Part shown: positions 1 through 11,376 of the stretch, piece by piece
How the letters are laid out: each line of letters begins with the position of its first letter
Position numbering within the stretch: the first letter of the stretch is position 1
Assembly (NCBI GenBank): GCA_903844215.1
Contig: CAIMSP010000016.1
Span: forward strand, 9,575 to 73,574
Direction: 5' to 3'
From: an uncultured beta proteobacterium
GTDB taxonomy: Bacteria > Pseudomonadota > Gammaproteobacteria > Burkholderiales > Burkholderiaceae_C
Length of the DNA: 64,000 nucleotides
The notes under the pieces: generated by a model
What the model was told of the DNA's origin: nothing
Database searches by the model: none
Seen by the model: the letters and a program-made list of their open reading frames with translations, nothing else
Position numbers and translations under genes: made by a program

Positions 1-393
1 TGGAGCGTGAAGGCACCCAACATCCGCTACCCCTCCGACGCCTTCATGACGTTGGACGGCAAGCAGGTGATCGTCGCGGACTTCTGGAAACCCGGGCGCG
101 TCGTGATCTTCGATCCGGCCACGCGCAAGATCAGCTGGGAGTATTTCGTCAAGGAGGGCGAGGGCATGCTGGACCACTCCAGCATTGCGCGCGAGTTGCC
201 CGATACCCACGACATCTTCATCGTGGACGATCTGCACGACCGGGTGATGGTGATCGATCGTGTCACCAAGAAGGTCATCTGGCAGTACGGCGAGAAGCTG
301 GTCAAAGGCCACAAGCCCGGCTACCTGTTCTACCCGGACGGCTTCGACATCGACGTGTTTCGCGACTGGAAAGCGGCCTTGGGCAAGCGCTGA
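1..393 (+). CDS. C-terminal part of a hypothetical beta-propeller-like protein (5' end outside the window)
   Basis: The frame is open from base 1 to the stop at 391-393. It has repeated hydrophobic/Asp-rich strand-like segments (VIVADFW, IFIVDDLHDRVMVIDR). No family was recognised. Confidence 0.45.
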   Translation, partial: WSVKAPNIRYPSDAFMTLDGKQVIVADFWKPGRVVIFDPATRKISWEYFVKEGEGMLDHSSIARELPDTHDIFIVDDLHDRVMVIDRVTKKVIWQYGEKLVKGHKPGYLFYPDGFDIDVFRDWKAALGKR

Positions 394-415
394 AGCTGCA
401 TTCGCGGGCCAACCC

Positions 416-493
416 CGTAGGTCGGGTTCGCCTTCAGGGCCTAAGCCGACACCAGGCGATGTATCGGCTTACGCTACGCTAACCCGACCTACG
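416..493. repeat. Palindromic REP-like element with a nested inner inverted repeat
   Basis: A perfect 13-bp inverted repeat, CGTAGGTCGGGTT (416-428) / AACCCGACCTACG (481-493), encloses a second inverted repeat, AAGCCGA...TCGGCTT. It is intergenic, upstream of phaB. Confidence 0.6.
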
Positions 494-597
494 AACTTTG
501 CAATCGGTCGGTCTTGGTGTTTTCCGCAAGCCAGGCGACAGAATTTGCCGCTACAGTTCGCAGCGGTAGGACATATTTTCAATAAAGGAGCAAGACC

Positions 598-1335
598 ATG
601 AATCAAAAAGTAGCTTACGTCACCGGTGGCATGGGTGGCATCGGAACCGCCATTTGCCAGCGCATGAGCAAGGAAGGTTTCACCGTCATCGCGGGTTGCG
701 GCCCGACGCGTGACCACGCCAAGTGGATCGCCGAGCAGGCGGCACTGGGTTACACGTTCCACGCCTCCGTTGGCAATGTGGGCGATTGGGAGTCCACCGT
801 CGCGGCTTTTCAGAAGGTCATGGCCGAGCACGGCCAGGTTGACGTGTTGGTGAACAATGCCGGCATCACGCGCGACGGGCAATTCCGCAAGATGAGCAAG
901 GCCGATTGGGACGCCGTGATCTCGACCAATCTGGACAGCATGTTCAACGTCACCAAGCAGGTGATCGAAGGCATGATTGAGCGCAACTGGGGTCGCATCA
1001 TCAACATCAGCTCGGTGAATGGCCAAAAGGGCCAGTTCGGTCAAACGAACTATTCCACCGCAAAGGCCGGCTTGCATGGTTTCACCATGGCGCTGGCGCA
1101 GGAAGTCGCCTCCAAGGGCGTGACCGTGAACACCGTCAGCCCAGGCTACATCGGCACCGAAATGGTCAAGGCGATTCGCCCCGAAGTGCTGGAAAAGATT
1201 GTCGGCACCGTGCCGGCCAAACGCCTCGGAACACCGGAAGAAATTGCCTCCATCATTGCCTGGTTGGCATCGGACGAGGGCGGCTACGCCACCGGCGCCG
1301 ACTTCTCGGTCAACGGCGGTTTGCACATGGGCTGA
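598..1335 (+). CDS. phaB: Acetoacetyl-CoA reductase (SDR family, PHB synthesis)
   Basis: 245 aa with a TGGMGGIG Rossmann motif, NNAGITRD, and the catalytic YSTAKAG (YxxxK). The overall sequence is typical of PhaB. An AGGAG RBS lies upstream. Confidence 0.9.
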   Translation: MNQKVAYVTGGMGGIGTAICQRMSKEGFTVIAGCGPTRDHAKWIAEQAALGYTFHASVGNVGDWESTVAAFQKVMAEHGQVDVLVNNAGITRDGQFRKMSKADWDAVISTNLDSMFNVTKQVIEGMIERNWGRIINISSVNGQKGQFGQTNYSTAKAGLHGFTMALAQEVASKGVTVNTVSPGYIGTEMVKAIRPEVLEKIVGTVPAKRLGTPEEIASIIAWLASDEGGYATGADFSVNGGLHMG

Positions 1336-1360
1336 TGGCCCCTTTGCCGGCCTGACCCCG

Positions 1361-1383
1361 ACCCCGCTGCGGCGGGGTTTTTT
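1361..1383 (+). terminator. Rho-independent terminator of phaB
   Basis: A perfect 7-bp stem (ACCCCGC-tgcg-GCGGGGT) is followed by T6, 26 nt after the phaB stop. Confidence 0.7.
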
Positions 1384-1498
1384 GTGGGCGGCCCGCTTTC
1401 ATTTGGTTGCGATCATTACACCGCGCCTGTGGCTTGCTTGGCGCCGTACGGGCATCATGGCGAGAAGTCAATTTGACCTTAAGCGGAGGGCCCAAGCC

Positions 1499-1795
1499 AT
1501 GAGCATGCAACTTCACCAGCAACTGAGTCTGTTCGCCGGCATGGGTCTGAGCCTGTGTCACCCCATCGGCCAGACAGCGCCCGCCATCCCCAGGTCCGGC
1601 CTGACGCTGAGCGAGCGCGCCGCACTGGCCGCGCGCCGGCAAATGGCCAGCTTTAGCCGCCTGGCCGATACGCGCGAATCGGCGGCCCAGGCCTATTTGG
1701 GCGGGCAACGCGCGGCCGGCCCGCGAGCGCTCGCCAACGACCGGTCTGCCGGCATGTTGCCGGCGCTGCGCACGCTCATCCAGCCCCAGCCTTGA
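1499..1795 (+). CDS. Hypothetical small protein (98 aa)
   Basis: The ATG is preceded by GGAGGG at about 9 nt. Third codon positions are strongly G/C biased, as in real genes here. No family was recognised. Confidence 0.3.
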   Translation: MSMQLHQQLSLFAGMGLSLCHPIGQTAPAIPRSGLTLSERAALAARRQMASFSRLADTRESAAQAYLGGQRAAGPRALANDRSAGMLPALRTLIQPQP

Positions 1796-2476
1796 TCAAT
1801 CCGGGGGTGGGCAGGCGGATTGCGCCAACGCCATTAACTGGCCCTGCGCGTCCTGCACCCAACCCACCACTTGCACGCGCTCGGGCCTTGTGCCCTCGGG
1901 CAGGCTCATGGGGCGCGACTCGAACAGGCGCTGCGGCGCCGCAGGCATCGGAGCCAGGTCCCATGCAGTCAGCAGCATGTTGCGCACCAGCTGGCGGGCG
2001 ATGGGCGTGCCTTCGCTGCCCGCAGCGATCGACTCCACCAGCAGCAGCACCGCCGTCCAGGGCCCGCCGCTGGGCGGGCTGAGTTCGATGGACGCACCGA
2101 CGTAATTCGCCAGCGCCGGTCCGCGCGCGACGCGCAGGCTGTGGCCGCTGGTCGTCACCGCTTGGCCCAGCACCATCGATGACGCAGGCGCGGCGGCGTG
2201 CAGCAGGTCCAGGCGCTGCAGCGCGTCGCGCGTGGCCGCAGCCGACAGCGCGGCCGCTTCGCCGCGGGCGCTCGGGACGATCCAGTCCAGCACCAGCGTG
2301 GCGGCAGGCTCGATCCGCTGGTTCGACTCGGGCGCGCTCCAGCAGAGTTCGCAATCGGCGTTGAGAAAGCGCTCGGCCAGGGCCAGCGGGGCGCTCTGGC
2401 CATCGCTGGAACAGACGGCTTGGGCTTGGGCCAAGGCGGCGCTGCCGGCCAGGATCAGGGTGGTGAGTAACTTCAT
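1796..2476 (-). CDS. Secreted hypothetical protein with a CxxC motif
   Basis: 226 aa with an N-terminal signal peptide (MKLLTTLILAGSAALAQAQA) and a CELC motif. The codon bias is consistent with coding. Confidence 0.55.
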   Translation of the reverse strand: MKLLTTLILAGSAALAQAQAVCSSDGQSAPLALAERFLNADCELCWSAPESNQRIEPAATLVLDWIVPSARGEAAALSAAATRDALQRLDLLHAAAPASSMVLGQAVTTSGHSLRVARGPALANYVGASIELSPPSGGPWTAVLLLVESIAAGSEGTPIARQLVRNMLLTAWDLAPMPAAPQRLFESRPMSLPEGTRPERVQVVGWVQDAQGQLMALAQSACPPPD

Positions 2477-2503
2477 GGGCTGCGAGCTTCCTACAATCGG
2501 GGC

Positions 2504-5014
<2,511 letters not shown>

Positions 5015-5028
5015 AACTCGAACGACCT

Positions 5029-5532
5029 ATGACCGACCCAACTAACTCTCTGGCGCAGCGCTTGATCCGCAACTTCAATGACGTGCCCATGCAGTTGCAC
5101 CTGCGTCAGCCGCTGTACGAGAGCCTGGGCGCGCGTCTGGCTCAGGGTACGGCGGCAGTCAAACTGGGTGCTTCGGTGGACACAGTGGCGCCCGGAAAAG
5201 TCTCCTGCCCCTACCATTTCCATCATGCCCAGGAGGAGATGTTCATTGTCATCGAGGGTTCTGGGACGCTGCGCGTGGCAGGGGAAATGCTGCCGCTGCG
5301 CAGCGGCGACGTGGTCTTCATTCCCCCTGGACCAGACTATGCTCATCAGATCATCAACACATCGAGTCAGCCGATGAAGTACTTGTCGATCAGCACGCAG
5401 GACTCGCCCGAGGTCGTCGAGTATCCCGATTCAAAAAAATTCATGGCCAAGGTGGCAACGGGCGACGCGAGTGCCTTTCGCGCGATCCAGCACAGCAGCA
5501 ATTCGGTGGATTATTGGGAGGGCGAGCCTTGA
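5029..5532 (+). CDS. Cupin domain protein
   Basis: Cupin motifs are present: HFHHAQEEMFIVIEGSG ... GDVVFIPPGPDYAH. The start was chosen at the first ATG after the uvrD stop, in frame with track ORF 4972..5532. Confidence 0.8.
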   Translation: MTDPTNSLAQRLIRNFNDVPMQLHLRQPLYESLGARLAQGTAAVKLGASVDTVAPGKVSCPYHFHHAQEEMFIVIEGSGTLRVAGEMLPLRSGDVVFIPPGPDYAHQIINTSSQPMKYLSISTQDSPEVVEYPDSKKFMAKVATGDASAFRAIQHSSNSVDYWEGEP

Positions 5533-6992
5533 TGCCGCGTCGCTTGGCCGCCGCCGCGCTGTCGATTGCGGCGTTGTCGGGATCGGCCCACGCAGCCACC
5601 GAGTCGCTCCACCCCTGCCGCGTCCCGGGTTTTTACACCGAAGTGCAGTGCGGCGTGCTGCAGCGCGCGCTGGATCCAGCACATCCGCAGGGCACGCAGA
5701 TCGACGTGCATTACGTGGTGGTGCCGGCGCTGGCACGACGCAAGCTGGCCGATCCGGTGTTCTTTCTGGCCGGGGGTCCGGGGCAGAGCGCGATCGGCGT
5801 GGCGCCGATGATTTCGCAGCAAATGAGCCGACTGAACAACCGGCGCGATCTGGTGTTCGTCGATCAACGCGGCACGGGCAAGTCAGCACCGCTGATGTGC
5901 GACGAGGACCGAAGGGCGACGCTCTCGCAGTTGTTGGACAACAAGCGCCGCGAGCAGTTGCTGCGGCAGTGTCTAGCGCAACTGCAGCAACTTCCCTACG
6001 GCGATCTGCGTTTTTTTACCACCACCCTGGCGATGCAGGACGTGGACGCCGTGCGCCAGGCGCTGGGCGTCGAGCGCATCAATCTGGTCGGCGTCTCCTA
6101 CGGCACGCGCGCTGCATTGGAGTTCATGCGGGCATTCCCGCAAGCCGTGCGGCGCAGCGTGATCGATGGCGTGGCGCCGCCCGACATGGTCCTGCCGGCG
6201 AGCACCTCCAGCGACAACCAGGCCGCGTTCGACGCGCTGCTGAGCGCGTGCGAACAGGAGGCCGCATGCGCCAGGACCTACCCGCAACTGCGTGGCGACT
6301 GGCAGCGGCTGCTGGCCAGCTTGCCCACGGCGGCAACGGTCACGCACCCGCTCACGGGGCTGAGCGAGCCCGTGACGATCACGCGTGAGGCGCTGCTCAG
6401 CGGCGTGCGCATGCCGCTGTATTCGGCGCTCACGGCCTCCGCCCTGCCTCAGGCCATCAGCGCGGCGGCTCAGGGGCGCTTTGAACCGCTGCTGGCGCTG
6501 GGATCGGGCTTTGGCACCAGAGGCGTGAACCGCCTGGCCGAGGGCCTGCATTTTTCCGTGGTCTGCGCCGAGGACATGCCGCGCCTGAACGCTGCAGTCG
6601 ATCCGCCCGGTGCGGACTTTGGATCGGAGTTCAGCCAGATCTACGCGCACAGCTGCAGCTTCTGGCCGCGCGCCAGCGTGCCCAGCGCGTTCTATTCGAT
6701 TCCCGCGAGCGCCACGCCGGTGCTGGTGCTCAGCGGTGGCATCGACCCGGTCACGCCGCCGCGCCACGGTGCGCGCGTGGCGCTGGCCTTGGGCCCCTTG
6801 GCGCGGCACGTGGTGGTGCCCAGTGCCGGCCACTTCGTGCTGAGCCTGGGCTGCATGCATGAGGCGCTGTTTCGCTTCATTGACGCCGCCGCCGACGCGG
6901 ATGCCGGGAAGGTCGATGCCGCTTGTGCGGCGAAAATTCCGCGTCCTGCGGCCTTCATTCCGGTGGCGCGGGCAGGGCAGGGCACACCATGA
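5532..6992 (+). CDS. Secreted alpha/beta hydrolase (prolyl aminopeptidase/TAP-like)
   Basis: It has a signal peptide, an oxyanion region GGPGQS, and the nucleophile elbow GVSYG. Its start overlaps the cupin stop (TGATG). Confidence 0.8.
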   Translation: MPRRLAAAALSIAALSGSAHAATESLHPCRVPGFYTEVQCGVLQRALDPAHPQGTQIDVHYVVVPALARRKLADPVFFLAGGPGQSAIGVAPMISQQMSRLNNRRDLVFVDQRGTGKSAPLMCDEDRRATLSQLLDNKRREQLLRQCLAQLQQLPYGDLRFFTTTLAMQDVDAVRQALGVERINLVGVSYGTRAALEFMRAFPQAVRRSVIDGVAPPDMVLPASTSSDNQAAFDALLSACEQEAACARTYPQLRGDWQRLLASLPTAATVTHPLTGLSEPVTITREALLSGVRMPLYSALTASALPQAISAAAQGRFEPLLALGSGFGTRGVNRLAEGLHFSVVCAEDMPRLNAAVDPPGADFGSEFSQIYAHSCSFWPRASVPSAFYSIPASATPVLVLSGGIDPVTPPRHGARVALALGPLARHVVVPSAGHFVLSLGCMHEALFRFIDAAADADAGKVDAACAAKIPRPAAFIPVARAGQGTP

Positions 6993-7852
6993 TCCAGATC
7001 GAACAACTCGCAAAATCCTTTGCCGCCGCGCCCGCGCCGCGCCAGGGTTTCGCGCTCAAGGACTGGTCTTTCAAACGCCGCGCCATGCCGCCGGTGCAGG
7101 CCGTGCGCGACGTGAGTTTCACCGCACCCAACGGGCACATCACCGGGCTGCTCGGACCGAATGGCGCGGGCAAGACCACGACGCTGCGCATGCTGGCCGG
7201 CCTGATCACGCCCGACGCCGGGCGCATGACGGTGGACGGCATTGACGTGGTGGCGCAGCCGCAGGCTGCAGTGGCAACCATGGGCGTGTTGAGCGATGCG
7301 CGGGGTCTGTACCCGCGCCTGAGCGCACGCGAGAACATCGTTTATTTCGGCCTGCTCCAGGGCATGAGCCGCGACGCGGCCCAGACGCGCGCCGAAACCC
7401 TGGCGCAGATGCTGGACATGAAGCCGCTGCTGGAGCGCCGCACCGAGGGCTTCAGCCAGGGCGAGCGCATGAAGACGGCGCTGGCGCGCGCGCTGGTGCA
7501 CGACCCGGCCCACATCGTGCTCGATGAACCCAGCAACGGCCTGGACGTGCTCGCCACGCGCGCCTTGCGCGAGTCGTTGCGCTTCTTGCGCACGCCCGCA
7601 GGCGGCAGCAAATGCATCGTCTTTTCCACGCACATCATGCAAGAGGTGCAGCGCCTGTGCGACAGCGTGGTGGTGGTGTCTCATGGCCGCACCGTGGCCA
7701 GTGGCACGGTGGCTGAACTGCTGGAGCGCACCGGCGAAAGTGATTTTGAGGAGGCCTTCGTGAAACTGGCGTTTCCTGATACTTTGCGGGACAGAGCGGG
7801 GTTACGCGATGCGAACCCCGCTCTGTCCCCAACTGAGCGGGGGCAGGTATGA
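6989..7852 (+). CDS. ABC transporter ATP-binding protein (NatA-like)
   Basis: Walker A is GPNGAGKTT, the signature is FSQGERMK, and Walker B is IVLDEP. An ATGA overlap joins it to the upstream stop. Confidence 0.85.
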   Translation: MIQIEQLAKSFAAAPAPRQGFALKDWSFKRRAMPPVQAVRDVSFTAPNGHITGLLGPNGAGKTTTLRMLAGLITPDAGRMTVDGIDVVAQPQAAVATMGVLSDARGLYPRLSARENIVYFGLLQGMSRDAAQTRAETLAQMLDMKPLLERRTEGFSQGERMKTALARALVHDPAHIVLDEPSNGLDVLATRALRESLRFLRTPAGGSKCIVFSTHIMQEVQRLCDSVVVVSHGRTVASGTVAELLERTGESDFEEAFVKLAFPDTLRDRAGLRDANPALSPTERGQV

Positions 7853-9021
7853 ACCCCTGGCGCAGCGCGCTGGCGGTGTTCCGCAAGGAGTGGCTCGACG
7901 CCATGCGGGATCGGCGCACGCTGCTCGTGGTCCTGGTTTCCGCCGTGCTCATCGGGCCGCTGGCCTTGCTGGCGCTGTCGGGCTTGATCGCCTCGCTCGA
8001 AGCCAAGGCCGAGCAGCGCGAGCTGGTGGTGGCGGGCATCGGCTACGCGCCTTCGTTGCGCAACTATGCCGAACGCCAGACCTGGACCCTCCGCGAGGCG
8101 CCGAGTGACTATGAACAGCGGCTCAAGGATTCCAAGCTGGGCGATCCGGTGCTGGTGATTGCCAAGGATTTTGAGGCCGAGCTGCTGCGTGGCGACAGTC
8201 CCGAGGTCGAACTCGTGAGCCACAGCGCCAATCCGCAGAGTCAAGCCGGTGCGCGGCGCGTGGCCGAGCTGCTGCGCGGCTTCAACCAGGAACGCGTGGG
8301 CTTGACGCTGGCGCTGCGCGGCGTCGCGCTGGAACTGCTCACGCCGATGAAAGTGCAGGAAGTCGATCTGGCGAACATGCAGGCGCGGGCCGCGCAGTTC
8401 ACCGGCATGGTGGCCCTCATCGTGCTGCTGGCGGTGGTCTCGGGCGCATTGAATGCGGCGCTGGACAGCACGGCGGGCGAGCGCGAGCGCGGCTCGCTCG
8501 AACCCCTGCTCATGAACCCGGTCACCGGCATGGCGCTGGTGCTGGGCAAGTGGGGCGCGGTGGCGGCGGTGAGCATGCTGGTGGCGGTGCTGAGTTGCCT
8601 GAGTTTTCTACCCAGTCAATGGCTGCTCAGAAGCGAAAATTTGCAGGCCATGTTTCAGTTCGGTTGGACCGAAATGGCGCTGTTTCTGGTGCTGCTGCTG
8701 CCGTTCGCGGCAGCCATATCGGCCATGCTGATGGCGGTGGCGATCCGCTGCAAGAGCTACAAGGAGGCGCAGGCCAACAGCACGGTGGTGATGATGGCGG
8801 TGATGTTTCTGGCGTACGTTCCGATGTTCAACCAGACCGGTGAAGAGCCCTGGCATTTATGGGTGCCCGCGCTGGCGCAGAACAGCCTGATGTTGCGCGT
8901 GCTCAAGGGCGAGGGCCTCACGGCTCAGCAGTGGCTCGTGCCGCTGTTCGTCTGCGCGCTGCTCAGCACCCTGTGCCTGGGGTTTGTCGCGCGCCGTCTG
9001 CGCGGCGCGGCGGTCAAGTGA
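7849..9021 (+). CDS. ABC-2 type transporter permease (NatB-like)
   Basis: 390 aa. An N-terminal TM helix and a large extracytoplasmic loop are followed by about 5 C-terminal TM helices. An ATGA overlap joins it to the ATPase gene. Confidence 0.8.
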   Translation: MNPWRSALAVFRKEWLDAMRDRRTLLVVLVSAVLIGPLALLALSGLIASLEAKAEQRELVVAGIGYAPSLRNYAERQTWTLREAPSDYEQRLKDSKLGDPVLVIAKDFEAELLRGDSPEVELVSHSANPQSQAGARRVAELLRGFNQERVGLTLALRGVALELLTPMKVQEVDLANMQARAAQFTGMVALIVLLAVVSGALNAALDSTAGERERGSLEPLLMNPVTGMALVLGKWGAVAAVSMLVAVLSCLSFLPSQWLLRSENLQAMFQFGWTEMALFLVLLLPFAAAISAMLMAVAIRCKSYKEAQANSTVVMMAVMFLAYVPMFNQTGEEPWHLWVPALAQNSLMLRVLKGEGLTAQQWLVPLFVCALLSTLCLGFVARRLRGAAVK

Positions 9022-9808
9022 TGGCGTCGTGCGGCGCTTCCGGCGGCGTGGCGATAAAGCTGTCGGCAAAGGTGAAGTAGAGCGAACTGAAGAACAGCGC
9101 CATCATTAGCATGGCGGCGGGCATCACGGCGCTGGCCGCGGCCTCGGCGCTGGCGATCAGCGTGACCGCGCTGATGGTGAGCACGAGCACGAACACGAAG
9201 GCAAAAAACCAGATCAGTCCGAACACCAGGTAAGCGCCCAGGTTGCGCATGCAGGCGATGAAGCTGAAGAACAGCGCCTTGACCGGGGGAATGCCATGCC
9301 AGTGCACCAGCGCCGGCGCGTGCCAAAACAGCAGCGACAGCGGCAGATTCAAGCCCATGGCGAGCCACATCGCCCCCTGGAAGTCGCCCTGGTCCAGGAT
9401 CTCGCGGGTGATCGCGCCGCCATTGAGATAGAAGCGCGCAAACTGGCCGCCATCGACCAGCGCGGACACGCCCATGATGCACAGGAAACTCACAGCGTAC
9501 AGCGCGCCCAGCAGCAGGATGGCGCGCGATTCCTGGCGTCCGGCGCGCAGCGCGCTGGCCAGAATCCAGGGCATGGGAAATTTGCCCTTGCTCGTTTCCT
9601 GCGTCGCGGCCATGAAACCCAGGGTGGCGGCGGGCAGCAGGCCCAGCACCAGTGCGCTGCCGACATAGGGCAGCATGCTCACCACCGTCATCACCGCGAT
9701 GAACATGAAGAACAGACCGGTCAAGGCCAGCGGCTGCTTGAAGAAGGTGCGGATGCCAAGTTGGACCCATTGCACACCGGTGCGGGCGGGAACGATATTC
9801 AGTTTCAT
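9014..9808 (-). CDS. Integral membrane protein of unknown function
   Basis: It has multiple hydrophobic helices. The start was chosen at MKLNIVPARTG (ATG at 9806-9808) within track ORF 9014..9877. Confidence 0.6.
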   Translation of the reverse strand: MKLNIVPARTGVQWVQLGIRTFFKQPLALTGLFFMFIAVMTVVSMLPYVGSALVLGLLPAATLGFMAATQETSKGKFPMPWILASALRAGRQESRAILLLGALYAVSFLCIMGVSALVDGGQFARFYLNGGAITREILDQGDFQGAMWLAMGLNLPLSLLFWHAPALVHWHGIPPVKALFFSFIACMRNLGAYLVFGLIWFFAFVFVLVLTISAVTLIASAEAAASAVMPAAMLMMALFFSSLYFTFADSFIATPPEAPHDAIT

Positions 9809-9818
9809 AGAGAAGAGT

Positions 9819-10793
9819 TCATGCGGGAGCGTCGAGTGTGACAGGGCGGGCGACGCGCTCGCGCAACACGCGCTCAAACTGACCCGGATCGTGGGCCTGC
9901 AACAGTTGCGCGTCGCGTGGCAAGTGAAAATCCCACAGGCGCGAGAGCCAAAAGCGCAAGGCCGCCGCGCGCAACATGGCTGGCAGCAGGCCGCGCTCGG
10001 CCTGGGTCAGGGGCCGCACCTGGCCGTAGGCGCGCAGCAGCGCGGCAAAGCGTGCTGCGTCGGGTGCTGCCGTGTGCGGGTCCATGGTCCAGTCGTTCAG
10101 GCACACGGCCAGGTCGAACAGCCAACTGTCGACACCGGCGAAGTAGAAGTCGAACACGCCGCTCAACTGCTCGCCTTCGAACAGGGCGTTGTCGCGGAAC
10201 AGGTCGGCGTGGATCGGGCCGCGCGGCAGCGCCGCATAGGCCGAAGAGGCCGCGACATGGTTCTGGTAGGCCAGCTCGCTGCACAGCAGCGCCGCTTGGG
10301 CCTGGTCCAGAAAGGGCAGCACCACCGGCACGGTCGCGTTCCACCAGTCCAAGCCGCGCAGATTCGGCTGGCTCGCGCCGAAGTCACGGCCCGCCAGGTG
10401 CAATTGCGCCAGTGTCGTTCCGAGCGACGCGCAATGGGCCGCCTGCGGCGCCAACTGGCTTGCGCCCGGCAGGCGGTTCACCAAGGCCGCCGGTTTGCCC
10501 TGGACGCGGTGCAAGATCTGCCCCAAGCCATTGGCCATGGGCAGCGGCACGGGCAGGCCGCGCTGTGCCAGATGGCGCATCAGGTTCAGATAAAAGGGCA
10601 GCTGCTCGAAACTCAGACGCTCGAACAGCGTGAGCACGTAGTGGGAGACGCTGCCGCCCTGCTCGGCGCTGACGAAGTAGTTGGTGTTCTCGATGCCGCC
10701 GGAACTCCCTTGCAGCGACTGCAGTTCCCCCAAAGCCAGATGTTGCAGTAGTTCCTGTGCTTGAGAAAAATCGACTTCGGTATAGACGGCCAT
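9819..10793 (-). CDS. thrB: Homoserine kinase (APH/ThrB type II)
   Basis: 324 aa. It begins MAVYTEV...GGIENTNYF and carries the aminoglycoside-phosphotransferase-like motif HADLFRDN. Confidence 0.85.
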   Translation of the reverse strand: MAVYTEVDFSQAQELLQHLALGELQSLQGSSGGIENTNYFVSAEQGGSVSHYVLTLFERLSFEQLPFYLNLMRHLAQRGLPVPLPMANGLGQILHRVQGKPAALVNRLPGASQLAPQAAHCASLGTTLAQLHLAGRDFGASQPNLRGLDWWNATVPVVLPFLDQAQAALLCSELAYQNHVAASSAYAALPRGPIHADLFRDNALFEGEQLSGVFDFYFAGVDSWLFDLAVCLNDWTMDPHTAAPDAARFAALLRAYGQVRPLTQAERGLLPAMLRAAALRFWLSRLWDFHLPRDAQLLQAHDPGQFERVLRERVARPVTLDAPA

Positions 10794-10889
10794 GGGTCAG
10801 TGGCAGAGCAGCGCAGCGCTTGGCGTAGAAAAAAAATGTGCAAAGTGCATGCTTGGATTGTAGGATGGGCAGAACACAAGGAATATCCA

Positions 10890-11132
10890 ATGGCGCGCAT
10901 GCAGGAATCGAGCAAGAAGGAATGGGCCAGCAAGGTGCTGGCCCTGGTCAAGGGCGGCAACACCACGGCGGCACTGAATCAGATCAAGGTCGCGCCCAGC
11001 GTGAAGGATCTCAAGCAACTGCAGGCGGCGCTCATTCTCGCCAAGCTGCAACCCGCACAGCCTGCGGTGGACACCGTGATCGCCGATCAGATCGACGCCC
11101 TGACGGCACCGCGCCTGCACCGCTCGCCCTGA
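10890..11132 (+). CDS. Hypothetical small protein (80 aa)
   Basis: The ATG is preceded by AAGGA. No family was recognised. Confidence 0.35.
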   Translation: MARMQESSKKEWASKVLALVKGGNTTAALNQIKVAPSVKDLKQLQAALILAKLQPAQPAVDTVIADQIDALTAPRLHRSP

Positions 11133-11376
11133 ATAATTGGAATCTGACCCCAATTAGTTTTGATATCCGCGCGTGCTCTGCGCCACCTGCACCCGCTCGG
11201 GCTGGTTGCTGCGTCCTGGCACGGAAGATCACAACGAAGCGGGCCATGGCTGGGGTCGAGGTGGGCAACGCTGGCATCATCGGCGCGCCCTTGGAACTGC
11301 GGTCGCGAGCACAAGGCTTGATTGGGGTCAAGACTCGACATCGAGCCGCGCCAACCTAGGGTTTACACTTAGTCGC

